Source of the DNA: an uncultured Verrucomicrobiae bacterium
GTDB taxonomy: Bacteria > Verrucomicrobiota > Verrucomicrobiia > Limisphaerales > Palsa-1400
Assembly: GCA_963707025.1 (NCBI GenBank)
Contig: CAVPOM010000015.1
Location: 32,001 to 96,000, forward strand
Reading direction: 5' to 3'
DNA: 64,000 nucleotides
Positions 49,084-58,448 of this stretch are shown here, piece by piece. Position numbers and translations under genes: made by a program. The notes beneath the pieces were generated by a model. It was not told the origin of the DNA, did not search any database, and saw nothing but the letters and a program-made list of their open reading frames with translations. Each line of letters begins with the position of its first letter. Positions within the stretch are counted from its first letter, which is position 1.

Positions 49084-49467
49084 ATGAAAACTTTGAAAAG
49101 TCTGTCTCTTGACGAATCGGCAGAAAAGTGCAGGTCCGGACGCTGCATCGCCACGAATTGGCCCAACCTCATCAAGGCGGCAATGTGGCTGGAACGGCAA
49201 CGCGCTCCTGCGCGCCATTTAAAGGAACCCGATGGCCTTTCGTTCAGTGTCGGAAGGGAGAACGGGAGCATCCCCTGGGAGAAAGATGCGAAAACGGTGG
49301 AAGCATATCTTCAATCGGATTCTAGGCCGCGTACTACGAACTCGAAAGAACAGATTGCCTTCTTTTGTTTTCTGGGAGCAGCATTCGGCGCCTTGTTGTG
49401 GCTTGCATTCAATTTCCACTTCTGGGGCTCGGCATCGCCATCGGCGGCGCTTCCGGTTTCGGAGTAA
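49084..49467 (+). CDS. Hypothetical membrane protein
   Basis: 127 aa with a C-terminal TM. Confidence 0.45.
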   Translation: MKTLKSLSLDESAEKCRSGRCIATNWPNLIKAAMWLERQRAPARHLKEPDGLSFSVGRENGSIPWEKDAKTVEAYLQSDSRPRTTNSKEQIAFFCFLGAAFGALLWLAFNFHFWGSASPSAALPVSE

Positions 49468-49749
49468 ACTGGATCAGGGCGGATCTCGCTTGGGACAAAT
49501 ATGAGTAGCCCCGGCTAGAGTAGTGGACGAATAGCACTCATGATTCTCGTTCAACTGCTATTGTGCGATGCCGCTTTCGGTTATTGAAACACAAATTTCC
49601 CGTCGCTCCAGGCGGTGCCGTCGGATCCATGCGCATTTTCAAAGCAGCGCAAACACTAAAACACCAGATCCATTGTCAACCGCCCGGATTGCATCCCGTC
49701 CTCGCCGCCGTTCACGGTCGTGGGCAAGAACCCAAATGGGAAATCCCGA

Positions 49750-50082
49750 ATGACAATTAAAAATATGCCATCTCTATCTTCCGAAGACAAGAAAGAGACC
49801 CGGGGATTACTCGTGGGTGCCATGTCTCCCGAGAAGTTTATGAAGCTAATGCAGCGCTGTCCTAATCGAAAAGAATGGGGATTCTGCGGGCAGTGCAGAG
49901 TCACTGTCTGTGTTACCGAGACAGACGGGCAGACCACACAAGGAATTCTCGACAAGACCATTCTGGATTCGATTCAACTCGAAGGACATGTGCCCTTTGA
50001 TACCAAGTCTATCAGGTCAATCGAGATTGTCCCGCCCCATAATAGAGGAGTGCCCTGTTTACAGTCGTCTCTGAAATCGTAA
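49750..50082 (+). CDS. Hypothetical protein
   Basis: 110 aa ORF, no recognised motif. Confidence 0.4.
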   Translation: MTIKNMPSLSSEDKKETRGLLVGAMSPEKFMKLMQRCPNRKEWGFCGQCRVTVCVTETDGQTTQGILDKTILDSIQLEGHVPFDTKSIRSIEIVPPHNRGVPCLQSSLKS

Positions 50083-50254
50083 TCGGTATGTACCGGGACC
50101 TCTGCAAAGCGCGCGTCCACCATTGTAGCGGCGGTCTATGGCCGCCGCAATTAGGCGCGGGGCGTGCAGTTGGTCCAGGCACGTTTGGGACATCTTTAGC
50201 CAGTGTGAGGACACACAATCGTAACATTTCATCCGCGCGCGCCGAACCATGTTC

Positions 50255-51064
50255 TCAGATCGGTTCGAGGTCCGTCGCCTCCATTTTGACGGCGGCGGCC
50301 TGGCCAATGAAGTCCAACCTCAGCAACACCACGTTCATGCCGTAGCGGGCGTCCACGCAGCCTTCCAGGCCGCGCAAGGGGCCGCATTTGATCTTCACGC
50401 GCATGCCCGCCCCGATCGTTGGGGCCACCCGCACGGTGATGGCTGTTCCCTGCTTGGGATTGGAAACCACTTCACACGTTCCTCCCAAAGCGGCGGCCCG
50501 TTCCCGGAGGCTGGACAGGCCGATCCCGCCTTCCATCCCTTTCGCCACTTTCGTGGCTGCGGGGTCAAATCCGCGCCCATCATCTTGGATCTTGAGCACA
50601 ATGGCCTGACGCTGGATCGCGATTCGCAGTCGGACCAATTTGGCGTTGGCGTGTTTCTCCACATTGTTGAGGGCCTCCTGAATTATGCGGAAAAGGCCAA
50701 GATCAACCTTTGGCGGGAGGCGACGGTCAAATCGAGCAAGCCCGCATTTCACCACCAGCCCGGTGCGGGCTTGAAGTTCCTTGCACAAGTTGCGGCAGGC
50801 GGCGTTCAAACCTAGCTCATCGAGGTCGTTGGGGCGGAGGTTGCGCGCAATGCGGCGGGTTTCTTCCAGCGCCTGCACAAGCAGCCTGTGGCAGCGTGAG
50901 AGAAGCTCGCTGGCCGCAGGGTTTTGCACGGAGAGTGTATCCTGGACCCGGTGCAACCTCATCGTGGCCGAGGCAATCACCTGGTTTACACCGTCGTGAA
51001 GTTCACGCGCCACCCGCAAACGTTCGGCCTCCTGCGCCTCAGTGAGCGGCTTCGCCAGCAACAT
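50255..51064 (-). CDS. Sensor-less HisKA_3/HATPase kinase fragment fused to a NusG/RfaH-type KOW domain
   Basis: ERLRVARELHDG, QEALNNVEKHA, DDGRGF, GIGL; then GMRVKIKCGPLRGLEG..LLRLDFIGQ. Confidence 0.7.
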   Translation of the reverse strand: MLLAKPLTEAQEAERLRVARELHDGVNQVIASATMRLHRVQDTLSVQNPAASELLSRCHRLLVQALEETRRIARNLRPNDLDELGLNAACRNLCKELQARTGLVVKCGLARFDRRLPPKVDLGLFRIIQEALNNVEKHANAKLVRLRIAIQRQAIVLKIQDDGRGFDPAATKVAKGMEGGIGLSSLRERAAALGGTCEVVSNPKQGTAITVRVAPTIGAGMRVKIKCGPLRGLEGCVDARYGMNVVLLRLDFIGQAAAVKMEATDLEPI

Positions 51065-51240
51065 GATCCACCCCAATCTGCCACCCAATATAATAGAATA
51101 GAATTGCACTCCCATTTCGGGCCCTCTAGCCACTTTGCAACATCTTCTGTCCCAATCACTTGCATCTTCTTGCTGGGGGTGCGGCGCCCACAAACCATCA
51201 CCTGCACTGCTTCCGCCCATCACGCCTAAATCCCTACAAC

Positions 51241-52287
51241 TTACGAACCATCATTGGTACCGGTGAAGGAATACAAACTGGTCAGCCCCCCATAGCCAGC
51301 TTGGAACACCGTGCCGTTGCTGTAGATGCCCCCGCCGGAAGTCGTGCCATAGAAATTGCCGTCGCTGCCCTGCACCAGAGCGGCATTTGGATGAAAACCA
51401 GTATCGCCGCCGATGAAACCATAAATAGTGTGCAACTGACCATTGGTGGTGAGTGCGAAGACCGCGCCATAGCCAGCCTTACTGTATGTAGTCGTGCCCC
51501 AAAAATTGCCGTCGCTGCCCTGGACCAGCCCAGCAGCCGGATTTGAGCCGTAATCTAACGGACCGTCCTGCCCGAAAACATACAGTGTCTGAAACACCCC
51601 GCCGGTGCTGATTTCAAATGTGGTGCCACGGCCATAATAGTAGGGCGGAAGATAGTCGCCGCCTCCGAAAGTTGTGCCGTATAAAAGGCCGTCGATCCCC
51701 TGAACCAGCGCACCCCGGGGATCCTTGCCCTGGCGGAAGTCTCCGAATTGATGCAAACTGATCAGCGTACCATTGATGGTGATTCGGAACACCGTTCCCA
51801 GGTTGTTCGTGCCGCCGGGTCCAGTCGTGCCATAGAAATTGCCGTCGCTGCCCTGCAACAGGCCGGCGACCGGATTGGCGCCATCGTTGGTGCCACTGAA
51901 CGAATACAAACTGGTCAGCGTACCATTGGTGGTGATTCGGAACACCGTTCCCAGGTTGTTCGTGCCGCCGGATTCAGTCGTGCCATAGAAAATGCCATCG
52001 CTGCCTTTGACCAGGCCGGCGACCGGATTGGCGCCATCGTTGGTGCCACTGAATGAATACAAACTGGTCAGCGTACCATTGGTGGTGATTTGGAACACCG
52101 TTCCCAGGTTGTTCGTGCCGCCGGATTCAGTCGTGCCATAGAAACTGCCGTCGCTGCCTTGGACCAGGCCGGCGACCGGATTGGCGCCATCATTGGTACC
52201 GGTGAATGAATAAAGACTGGTGAAGACCACTCCGGCCTGGGCGCCAAAAGCTGGCAGAACGAGAGCGGCTGCCAGGAGCAGTCGCAT
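51241..52287 (-). CDS. GloVer-type tandem-repeat secreted protein, C-terminally truncated
   Basis: 44-aa repeats TSLYSF.GTNDGANP.AGLVQGSDG.FYGTT..GG....GTVF; ends mid-repeat. Confidence 0.85.
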   Translation of the reverse strand: MRLLLAAALVLPAFGAQAGVVFTSLYSFTGTNDGANPVAGLVQGSDGSFYGTTESGGTNNLGTVFQITTNGTLTSLYSFSGTNDGANPVAGLVKGSDGIFYGTTESGGTNNLGTVFRITTNGTLTSLYSFSGTNDGANPVAGLLQGSDGNFYGTTGPGGTNNLGTVFRITINGTLISLHQFGDFRQGKDPRGALVQGIDGLLYGTTFGGGDYLPPYYYGRGTTFEISTGGVFQTLYVFGQDGPLDYGSNPAAGLVQGSDGNFWGTTTYSKAGYGAVFALTTNGQLHTIYGFIGGDTGFHPNAALVQGSDGNFYGTTSGGGIYSNGTVFQAGYGGLTSLYSFTGTNDGS

Positions 52288-52476
52288 GAGCAGAGGAAAA
52301 ACCGGCTTCCTGCCAGGTACCGAGCTCGGTCATTGCGGAGGATTACTTTCGTCATTGAGTATCGTGATCTGGGCTTTCATATGTGTGAATTCGGATTTCA
52401 TCAGTTCTTATTCAAACCGTCGGACCCTGTTGGAGTCGCTTCCTTGCGAGCCATGAACAGCATTTGAACTGACCAC

Positions 52477-53874
52477 TCATGGCATTCGGAGGCGGTAGAA
52501 GCGTCCAGAAGTGTTCGACTGAAAAGGTTCGCTGAAATAAAACGAACCGTTGCTGAGCGTGTTGGTTTGGAGCGAAGTCCAAACAGGGTTGGTCAGATAG
52601 GTGCTGGCTTCCACGACGATAACCTGACCGCTGGCCCAAGAGATGTTGAACCCAAACTGATTGCTCTGCACGCCAAAGCTTCCGTCGCCAGTCCGGATCG
52701 TTGGGTACCACACGGAGGCAAAACGCTCGCCCCAAGAACTAACTCCGTAGCCGGGCAAAAAATAGGGTTGATAGAACCGGGGGTTCGTTCCTTGCCAAAA
52801 GGTCGCCTGAAAAATGGGAGGACCTCCTTCGAAATAAAGGTTTAGGTGGTAGCAGAACCAGAAGCTGTCTTGGATGTAGACCATGCTGGCGGGAATTGTA
52901 AGGCTGTGAAGGTTGTAGCAGTAATTGAAAGCGCGCTGGCCGATGAACTGGACGCCGTCGCCCATCGTGACGTTTGTCAGGCTCCAGCAGTCATAAAACG
53001 CATAAGGGCCAATGCCGAGGACGCTGCCGGGAATTGTGACGTTGGTCAAGTTGGTGCATCCAGTGAATGAACCACCCCCAATGCTGGTGACGCTCGCGGG
53101 AATCGTCACGCTGGTCAGGCTGGTGCATCCAGAGAAGGCAGAAGCACCGATGTAGTTGACACTGTTAGGGATCGCGTAAGCCCCACCTAAGCCGCCGGGA
53201 TATTGAATGAGCGCGGTTAGGTTCTTATCGAACAGCACGCCATTCACGCTGCTATAAAAGGAATTTTGTGCAGGCACAGCTATCGCAGTCAGGCTTGAGC
53301 AGCCAGAGAACGGTCCATCTCCGATGTAGGTGACCCTCTCGGGAATTGTGACGCTGGTCAGGGGGGTTCCACCGAAGGCTTCGTCTCCGATGGTGCTCAA
53401 GTTGGTGCCGAGCGTCAGATTCGCGAGGCTGCAAGCATAGAATGCATACTCTCCAATGTTCGTGACGCTATTGGGAATGGTGACGCTGGTCAGGTTGGTG
53501 CATCCAGAGAATGAACCATCCCCAATGTTGGCAACGCTGTCGGGAATCGTCACGCTGGTCAGCGCGGTTAGGCCATTGAAGGCACTTTCCCCAATGCCGG
53601 TCACTGAAAGGCTGCCTATGGTTGCGGGAATGATCACAGCACCGCCAGAACCGGAATAACCGGTGATGGTGATGGAAATGCCGTCGGCGTTGGTGGTGTA
53701 ATCGAATTGGGCTTGTGCCACTGCGGGCAGCATGAACAACAACAGCAGTCTCAAGGCGGGGAAATTTCTAACATGCCTCGCTATGATCGGGGTTTTGTAT
53801 TTAAGGATTGTCCTGATGGTTTGGTAACGTCGATTTTTCCGCTTTTTGCCTTCATAATTTTTTCTTCGGTTCAC
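52477..53874 (-). CDS. BspA-type leucine-rich repeat surface protein
   Basis: LTSVTIP.SVT.IG..AF..C repeats; C-terminal FGFNI..VVEAST.L..P.W..RFYRL domain; start uncertain. Confidence 0.88.
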   Translation of the reverse strand: MNRRKNYEGKKRKNRRYQTIRTILKYKTPIIARHVRNFPALRLLLLFMLPAVAQAQFDYTTNADGISITITGYSGSGGAVIIPATIGSLSVTGIGESAFNGLTALTSVTIPDSVANIGDGSFSGCTNLTSVTIPNSVTNIGEYAFYACSLANLTLGTNLSTIGDEAFGGTPLTSVTIPERVTYIGDGPFSGCSSLTAIAVPAQNSFYSSVNGVLFDKNLTALIQYPGGLGGAYAIPNSVNYIGASAFSGCTSLTSVTIPASVTSIGGGSFTGCTNLTNVTIPGSVLGIGPYAFYDCWSLTNVTMGDGVQFIGQRAFNYCYNLHSLTIPASMVYIQDSFWFCYHLNLYFEGGPPIFQATFWQGTNPRFYQPYFLPGYGVSSWGERFASVWYPTIRTGDGSFGVQSNQFGFNISWASGQVIVVEASTYLTNPVWTSLQTNTLSNGSFYFSEPFQSNTSGRFYRLRMP

Positions 53875-56800
53875 GGGCCCACAGGCGCGGAAGGACCCGC
53901 AATGAGCGCCTTGGCTTCTTTATTGGCCAGCCACCAAATCAGCACGTCGTGGTTGCTCTCATCGTTGGCCAACGGGGGCATTTGTGCGTCGGCTTGGATG
54001 AAGAGTTTTCGGGCTTCCTCCGGCTTTCCCTGCCGGAATAGGCTCATGGCGCGGAACAAGCGCGCGGTACCCTGAATTTCGTGCTTTCCATTCCCCCCAG
54101 CAGTCTGATCCGCGACGGTAAGGGCTCCTTCGGCGGCGGCGTATTGGCCATTCCGATATTCAGCCAGGCCGAGGCTAAGTTGATACCACGGCAAGTCCGG
54201 ATTGCCTTTCCCCAGTTCCACAGCTCGCTGCGCAAGGCTGAGGGCCTTAGCCAACAGAGTGGCGTCGGTGGAAGGCCGCAGGCATGCAACCTTGGCGGCG
54301 CGCTCCGCCGTAGTGGTTTGGTCCGTTCCTTCCGCCTGTTGGACCAGGCGACGGCGGGTGGCTTCATACTCGGAGTCCTGGCCGAACCATGTTTGCCAAG
54401 TGGCAAACGTGAGAGAGGCATCAGTCCTCTTTGGGTCCAATGCGCCAGCCTGCCCCATAAGGGCGATCGCCTCACTGATGCGGCCGGCCCTGAAGTAGGA
54501 ATTTGCCAGGTCGTTCATCGCGCCGAGCGTGTCGGGGTGTTCCGCGCCGAGCACTTTACGGCGGAGTTCCAGCACCTGCTCGCGCAGCTTGAGACCCTCC
54601 TCCTGACGGCCGGCCTCGAAGTAGGAATCCGCCAGAGATTGAATCGCATTGACCATGTCGGGGTGTTCCGGGCCGAGTACCTTGCGGCGAAGCGCAAGCA
54701 CCTGCTCTCGCAGCTTGAGCGCTTCGTCCCGGTAGCCGGCCTGGTCATAGGAATCATAGGAATCCGCCAAATTGCGCATTGCTCTGAGGGTGTCGGGATG
54801 TTCCGGGCCGTTCACCCTGCTGCGGAGCACCAGCACCTGCTCCCGCAGCTTGAGCGCCTCGTCGTGGCGACCGGCCCCGTTGTACGAGTTCGCCAGGTTG
54901 TTCATCGCCCCAATGGTGTCGGGACGTTCCGGGCCGAGCACCTTGCGACGAAACGCGAGCACCTCTTCCTGCAGTTTGAGGGCATCCTCCCAGCGGCCAA
55001 CCTGGTCATAGGAATTCCCCAGATTGTTCATCGCCCCGAAGGTGTCGGGATGTTCCGGGCCGAGCACCTCGCGACGAAGCGCCAACACCTGCTCCCGTAG
55101 CTTGAGGGCCTCGTCCCGGCGTCCGGCGTAATCGTAGAAATTCGCCAGATTGTTCATTGTCCTAAGCGTGTCGCGATGTTGCGGGCCGAGCACTTTGCGG
55201 CGGAGCGCCAGCACCTGTTCCCCCAGGTTGATTGCCTTATCCCGTTCACCGGCGTCGCCATACGAGCTGGCCAGGTTGTGCATCGCACTGAGCGTGTCGG
55301 GACGTTCCGGGCCGGAGGTGGCCAGATAGTAGTCACGAACTTTTTCTCGCAGCGAGATGGCCTCGCGGTAGAGACCCAGCGCGTAGTAGGTATCGCCGAG
55401 AGTGGCTTGGAGTTTTGCGCGCTGCGCGGGCTGGTTAGTCAAATCGGTGTCTAGCTTCTTCACCGCATTACTAAGAGTTTCGACGACAGTGATGGTGCGG
55501 CCATCGTGCGCAGGGTCGGGACTTTGGAACACTTCGGTCAGGAATTTGGAGATGGCTTCAGCTTCCTTGCGAGCGTTCTCCGACTCGATCAATCGCCCAG
55601 CCGCCAGCTTCTCCGCCCGCGTCGCCCGGACAGCCTGCCAGGCACTGACACCAGTGGCGGTCACAAGCACTCCGGCCATCAGCGCGGTGGCGACGAAAGC
55701 TGTCTTGTTGCGCCGCCAGGCTTTTTGCAACCGGTAGGCGGCGCTCGGCGGCCGGGCCACGACCGGTTCGTTGTCCAGATGCCGCTTGAGATCGGCGGCC
55801 AGACCGTTGGCCGTTTCGTATCGGCGCGCCCGGTCCTTTTCCAGACATTTCATCACGATCCAGTCAAGGTCAATTGAGAATTGAGAATTAAGAATTAAGA
55901 ATTGAGAATTAGGGCGCGAGGCGGTGATGGACGCTCGACGTAGGCGCGTGGAGGGGCGTTCGGGTTCCTCCTCCAGGATAATCCGTTGCATCTCCTTGTA
56001 ACTCGCGCTGCGCAATCGCTTCTCTGGGAAGGGCGTCGATCCCGTCAACAATTCGTAGAGCAGCACTCCCAGGCCGTAGATGTCGCTGCGTGTATCCACA
56101 TCCAGGCGGCTCATTTCGGCCTGCTCCGGGCTCATGTAGGCGGGTGTGCCGATCATCGTCGCGTAATTGGTGAAGACCGTCTTCTCGGTCAGCTTTTGCT
56201 GGGTGGCTTTGGCTACGCCGAAATCAATCACCATCGGCACGGGCACGCCGGCGTTGAGGGTGACCAGGATGTTGGTGGGCTTGATGTCCCGATGAATGAT
56301 CCCTTTTTGGTGCGCGCTTTGGATGGCTTGGCAGACCTGAATGAAGAGCTTGATGCGCTCCTGGGTCGGAAGGTGGTTTTTGTCGCAAAACTCGGTGATG
56401 GGGACACCCTGAACCAGTTCCATGACGAAGTAAGGCCGTCCGGTCTCGGTAGCGCCGCCATCGAGCACCTTGGCGATATTGGGATGGTCCATCAAGGCCA
56501 GGGCCTGGCGCTCGGCCTCGAAGTGGGCGATGACCGATTCGGTATCCATCCCCAGCTTGATAATTTTGAGGGCCACGCGGCGACGGACTGGCTCCTCCTG
56601 CTCGGCCATATACACCACGCCCATGCCGCCTTCGCCGATTTTTTCGAGCAGCTTGTAGCGGCCTATCATGGTGCCCGCCTGCTCGGTGACTTGAGCGGTC
56701 GCCACTAAAGGATGGCGTTCCGGGTCCGCCAGAAAACCGCCCGCCGACTCCTTGGTTCGCAGGAGTTCCTCGATATTCGCCCGCAAGGCCGTGTCGCCGC

Positions 56801-56897
56801 CACAAGCCTGGTCCAGGTAGGCTTGGCGTTGTTCTCCCGGCGCCATCTCCGACACTTCGTCGAAGATCGCGCGCAAGGATTGTCGGGCTTCAGCCAT
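53871..56897 (-). CDS. Hanks-type Ser/Thr kinase with TM and TPRs
   Basis: IGEGGMGVVY, VALK, HRDIKPTN, IDFG, YMSPEQ; LG.EHPDTL.AMNNLA repeats. Confidence 0.95.
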   Translation of the reverse strand: MAEARQSLRAIFDEVSEMAPGEQRQAYLDQACGGDTALRANIEELLRTKESAGGFLADPERHPLVATAQVTEQAGTMIGRYKLLEKIGEGGMGVVYMAEQEEPVRRRVALKIIKLGMDTESVIAHFEAERQALALMDHPNIAKVLDGGATETGRPYFVMELVQGVPITEFCDKNHLPTQERIKLFIQVCQAIQSAHQKGIIHRDIKPTNILVTLNAGVPVPMVIDFGVAKATQQKLTEKTVFTNYATMIGTPAYMSPEQAEMSRLDVDTRSDIYGLGVLLYELLTGSTPFPEKRLRSASYKEMQRIILEEEPERPSTRLRRASITASRPNSQFLILNSQFSIDLDWIVMKCLEKDRARRYETANGLAADLKRHLDNEPVVARPPSAAYRLQKAWRRNKTAFVATALMAGVLVTATGVSAWQAVRATRAEKLAAGRLIESENARKEAEAISKFLTEVFQSPDPAHDGRTITVVETLSNAVKKLDTDLTNQPAQRAKLQATLGDTYYALGLYREAISLREKVRDYYLATSGPERPDTLSAMHNLASSYGDAGERDKAINLGEQVLALRRKVLGPQHRDTLRTMNNLANFYDYAGRRDEALKLREQVLALRREVLGPEHPDTFGAMNNLGNSYDQVGRWEDALKLQEEVLAFRRKVLGPERPDTIGAMNNLANSYNGAGRHDEALKLREQVLVLRSRVNGPEHPDTLRAMRNLADSYDSYDQAGYRDEALKLREQVLALRRKVLGPEHPDMVNAIQSLADSYFEAGRQEEGLKLREQVLELRRKVLGAEHPDTLGAMNDLANSYFRAGRISEAIALMGQAGALDPKRTDASLTFATWQTWFGQDSEYEATRRRLVQQAEGTDQTTTAERAAKVACLRPSTDATLLAKALSLAQRAVELGKGNPDLPWYQLSLGLAEYRNGQYAAAEGALTVADQTAGGNGKHEIQGTARLFRAMSLFRQGKPEEARKLFIQADAQMPPLANDESNHDVLIWWLANKEAKALIAGPSAPVGP

Positions 56898-56942
56898 ATC
56901 TACTCATGCGTAAAATCAAGTTGAAACTGGCCAAAATAGTTT

Positions 56943-57506
56943 TCACTCACCGAATTGCTTCCGAATTTCGCGATGTAACCAGGCCCGCGCAAAGCTCCAG
57001 TGCCGCCGCGCCGTTCGTTCGGGGATGCCTAATGCCTGCGCCGCCTCGTCATTCGTAAGTCCGACGAAAAATCGGAGTTTGATAAATTCAGCGGAGTCCG
57101 GGTCTTCCTTCGTGAGTTTCGACAGTGCCTCATCCACCTGTAGCAGCGTGTCGTCGTCCGCCGCGACGGCGACTTCCAGTTCATCCAAGTTCACCCGCTC
57201 GGCTCCCGCGCCGCGCTTGAGGGAAAGCTTCTGACGCGCCCGGTCGATCAGGATGCGGCGCATGGCCTCGGCGGCTGCGGCAAAGAAATGCCCGCGCCCT
57301 TCGAAGCGGGTGCTCGGGTCTCCCACCAATCGCAGCCACGCCTCGTGAACTAGCGCAGTCGGTTGCAGCGTGTGGCCCGGCGGCTCTTGCGCCATCCGAT
57401 GCGCCGCGAGTTTGCGCAACTCGTCATACACCAGCGGCAATAATTCCTCGGCGGCCTTGTGGTTGCCACCATCAATCGCGCTGAGTATTTGGGTGACGTT
57501 GGACAT
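56943..57506 (-). CDS. ECF sigma factor, STK-associated Planctomycete/Verrucomicrobia type
   Basis: LLPLVYDELRKLA, HTLQPTALVHEAWLRL, HFFAAAAEAMRRILIDRAR. Confidence 0.93.
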   Translation of the reverse strand: MSNVTQILSAIDGGNHKAAEELLPLVYDELRKLAAHRMAQEPPGHTLQPTALVHEAWLRLVGDPSTRFEGRGHFFAAAAEAMRRILIDRARQKLSLKRGAGAERVNLDELEVAVAADDDTLLQVDEALSKLTKEDPDSAEFIKLRFFVGLTNDEAAQALGIPERTARRHWSFARAWLHREIRKQFGE

Positions 57507-57953
57507 GGCTTTGATGGTAGCTGGGAACGCCACCTTTTGCAATGCAGAGGCCCATATCCCCGCCGGAACACCAAAACGCTTTTCCCCTTCACCCTCTAAA
57601 AAGCGTTCTCGTGTCACGGCCCCAGGCCGGACTGTTTTCAATTCTCCACGCGCGCGCCCTTTTACCCCCGCGCTCCGTTCCGAATTGCAAACAGACCGGC
57701 ATTGGAAAAGGCGGTGCAGTCGCGCCACCCAATTCCGTTGAGCAGGCGCTACTCAACAGTTGGCCGCGATTCTCGCCGGTTTACCCGAAAGCCAAACCCT
57801 CAAGAAATTCCTCGTCTCCAAAATCCGCCCCGGCCACTGTGGCTGCGCAGCTATCCTCGAACTGGAAGAAGCGGCATAAACGTCCACTTTCCAGTATCTG
57901 AAAAAAAGTGGCGATTTTCCGGTTGACTTAATGAACAGGCATATAATGGAGGT

Positions 57954-58448
57954 ATGTTTGATTTTGCGATTACAATGTGGCTTGGAGGGAAAGACGCCGG
58001 CGCTTACGTTGGCCCTTCCCGCGATTGGGTAGAGACCTACGCGGCTCCTCCTGTCCCCGCTTCTAGTCTTGGTGCCGATCCAAACACGGGGCGCGAGATC
58101 AACCTACCCCGTCTTTCTCCAAAGGAGACATCCCGAAAGGACTCCTACGACGGTAGCGGACCATGGCGGTTGATTCAGTGCCCTGCGGGGAGAATTGCGG
58201 GGAAAGTTTCAGGCGTTGACGACAAAAACGCCCAAATCAGCTTTGTTTTGAGAGAACAGCCTGATGTAAAGGAAGACTTTCACCAAGCGGATAATTACGC
58301 CAAACAGAATTGTAATATGTTGTGGCAAAGCATGTTACAAAGTTGCGCTGAACCCATGAAACGCATACAAACCATCGCGATTGACCCGAACCATCGCGTC
58401 TGCGGGGTGATTTGCCGGGACAAAAGGAGGCTTTTATGGCGTGGGTAG
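57954..58448 (+). CDS. Hypothetical protein (weak)
   Basis: GGAGG RBS before the ATG; no motif. Confidence 0.25.
   Translation: MFDFAITMWLGGKDAGAYVGPSRDWVETYAAPPVPASSLGADPNTGREINLPRLSPKETSRKDSYDGSGPWRLIQCPAGRIAGKVSGVDDKNAQISFVLREQPDVKEDFHQADNYAKQNCNMLWQSMLQSCAEPMKRIQTIAIDPNHRVCGVICRDKRRLLWRG

Noticed and set aside
51757..52210. CRISPR or DGR template/variable repeats
   Set aside because: In-frame coding repeats; no reverse transcriptase and no adenine-specific mismatch pattern noticed.
57923..57947. sigma70 promoter TTGACT...TATAAT
   Set aside because: The spacer is only 13 bp.
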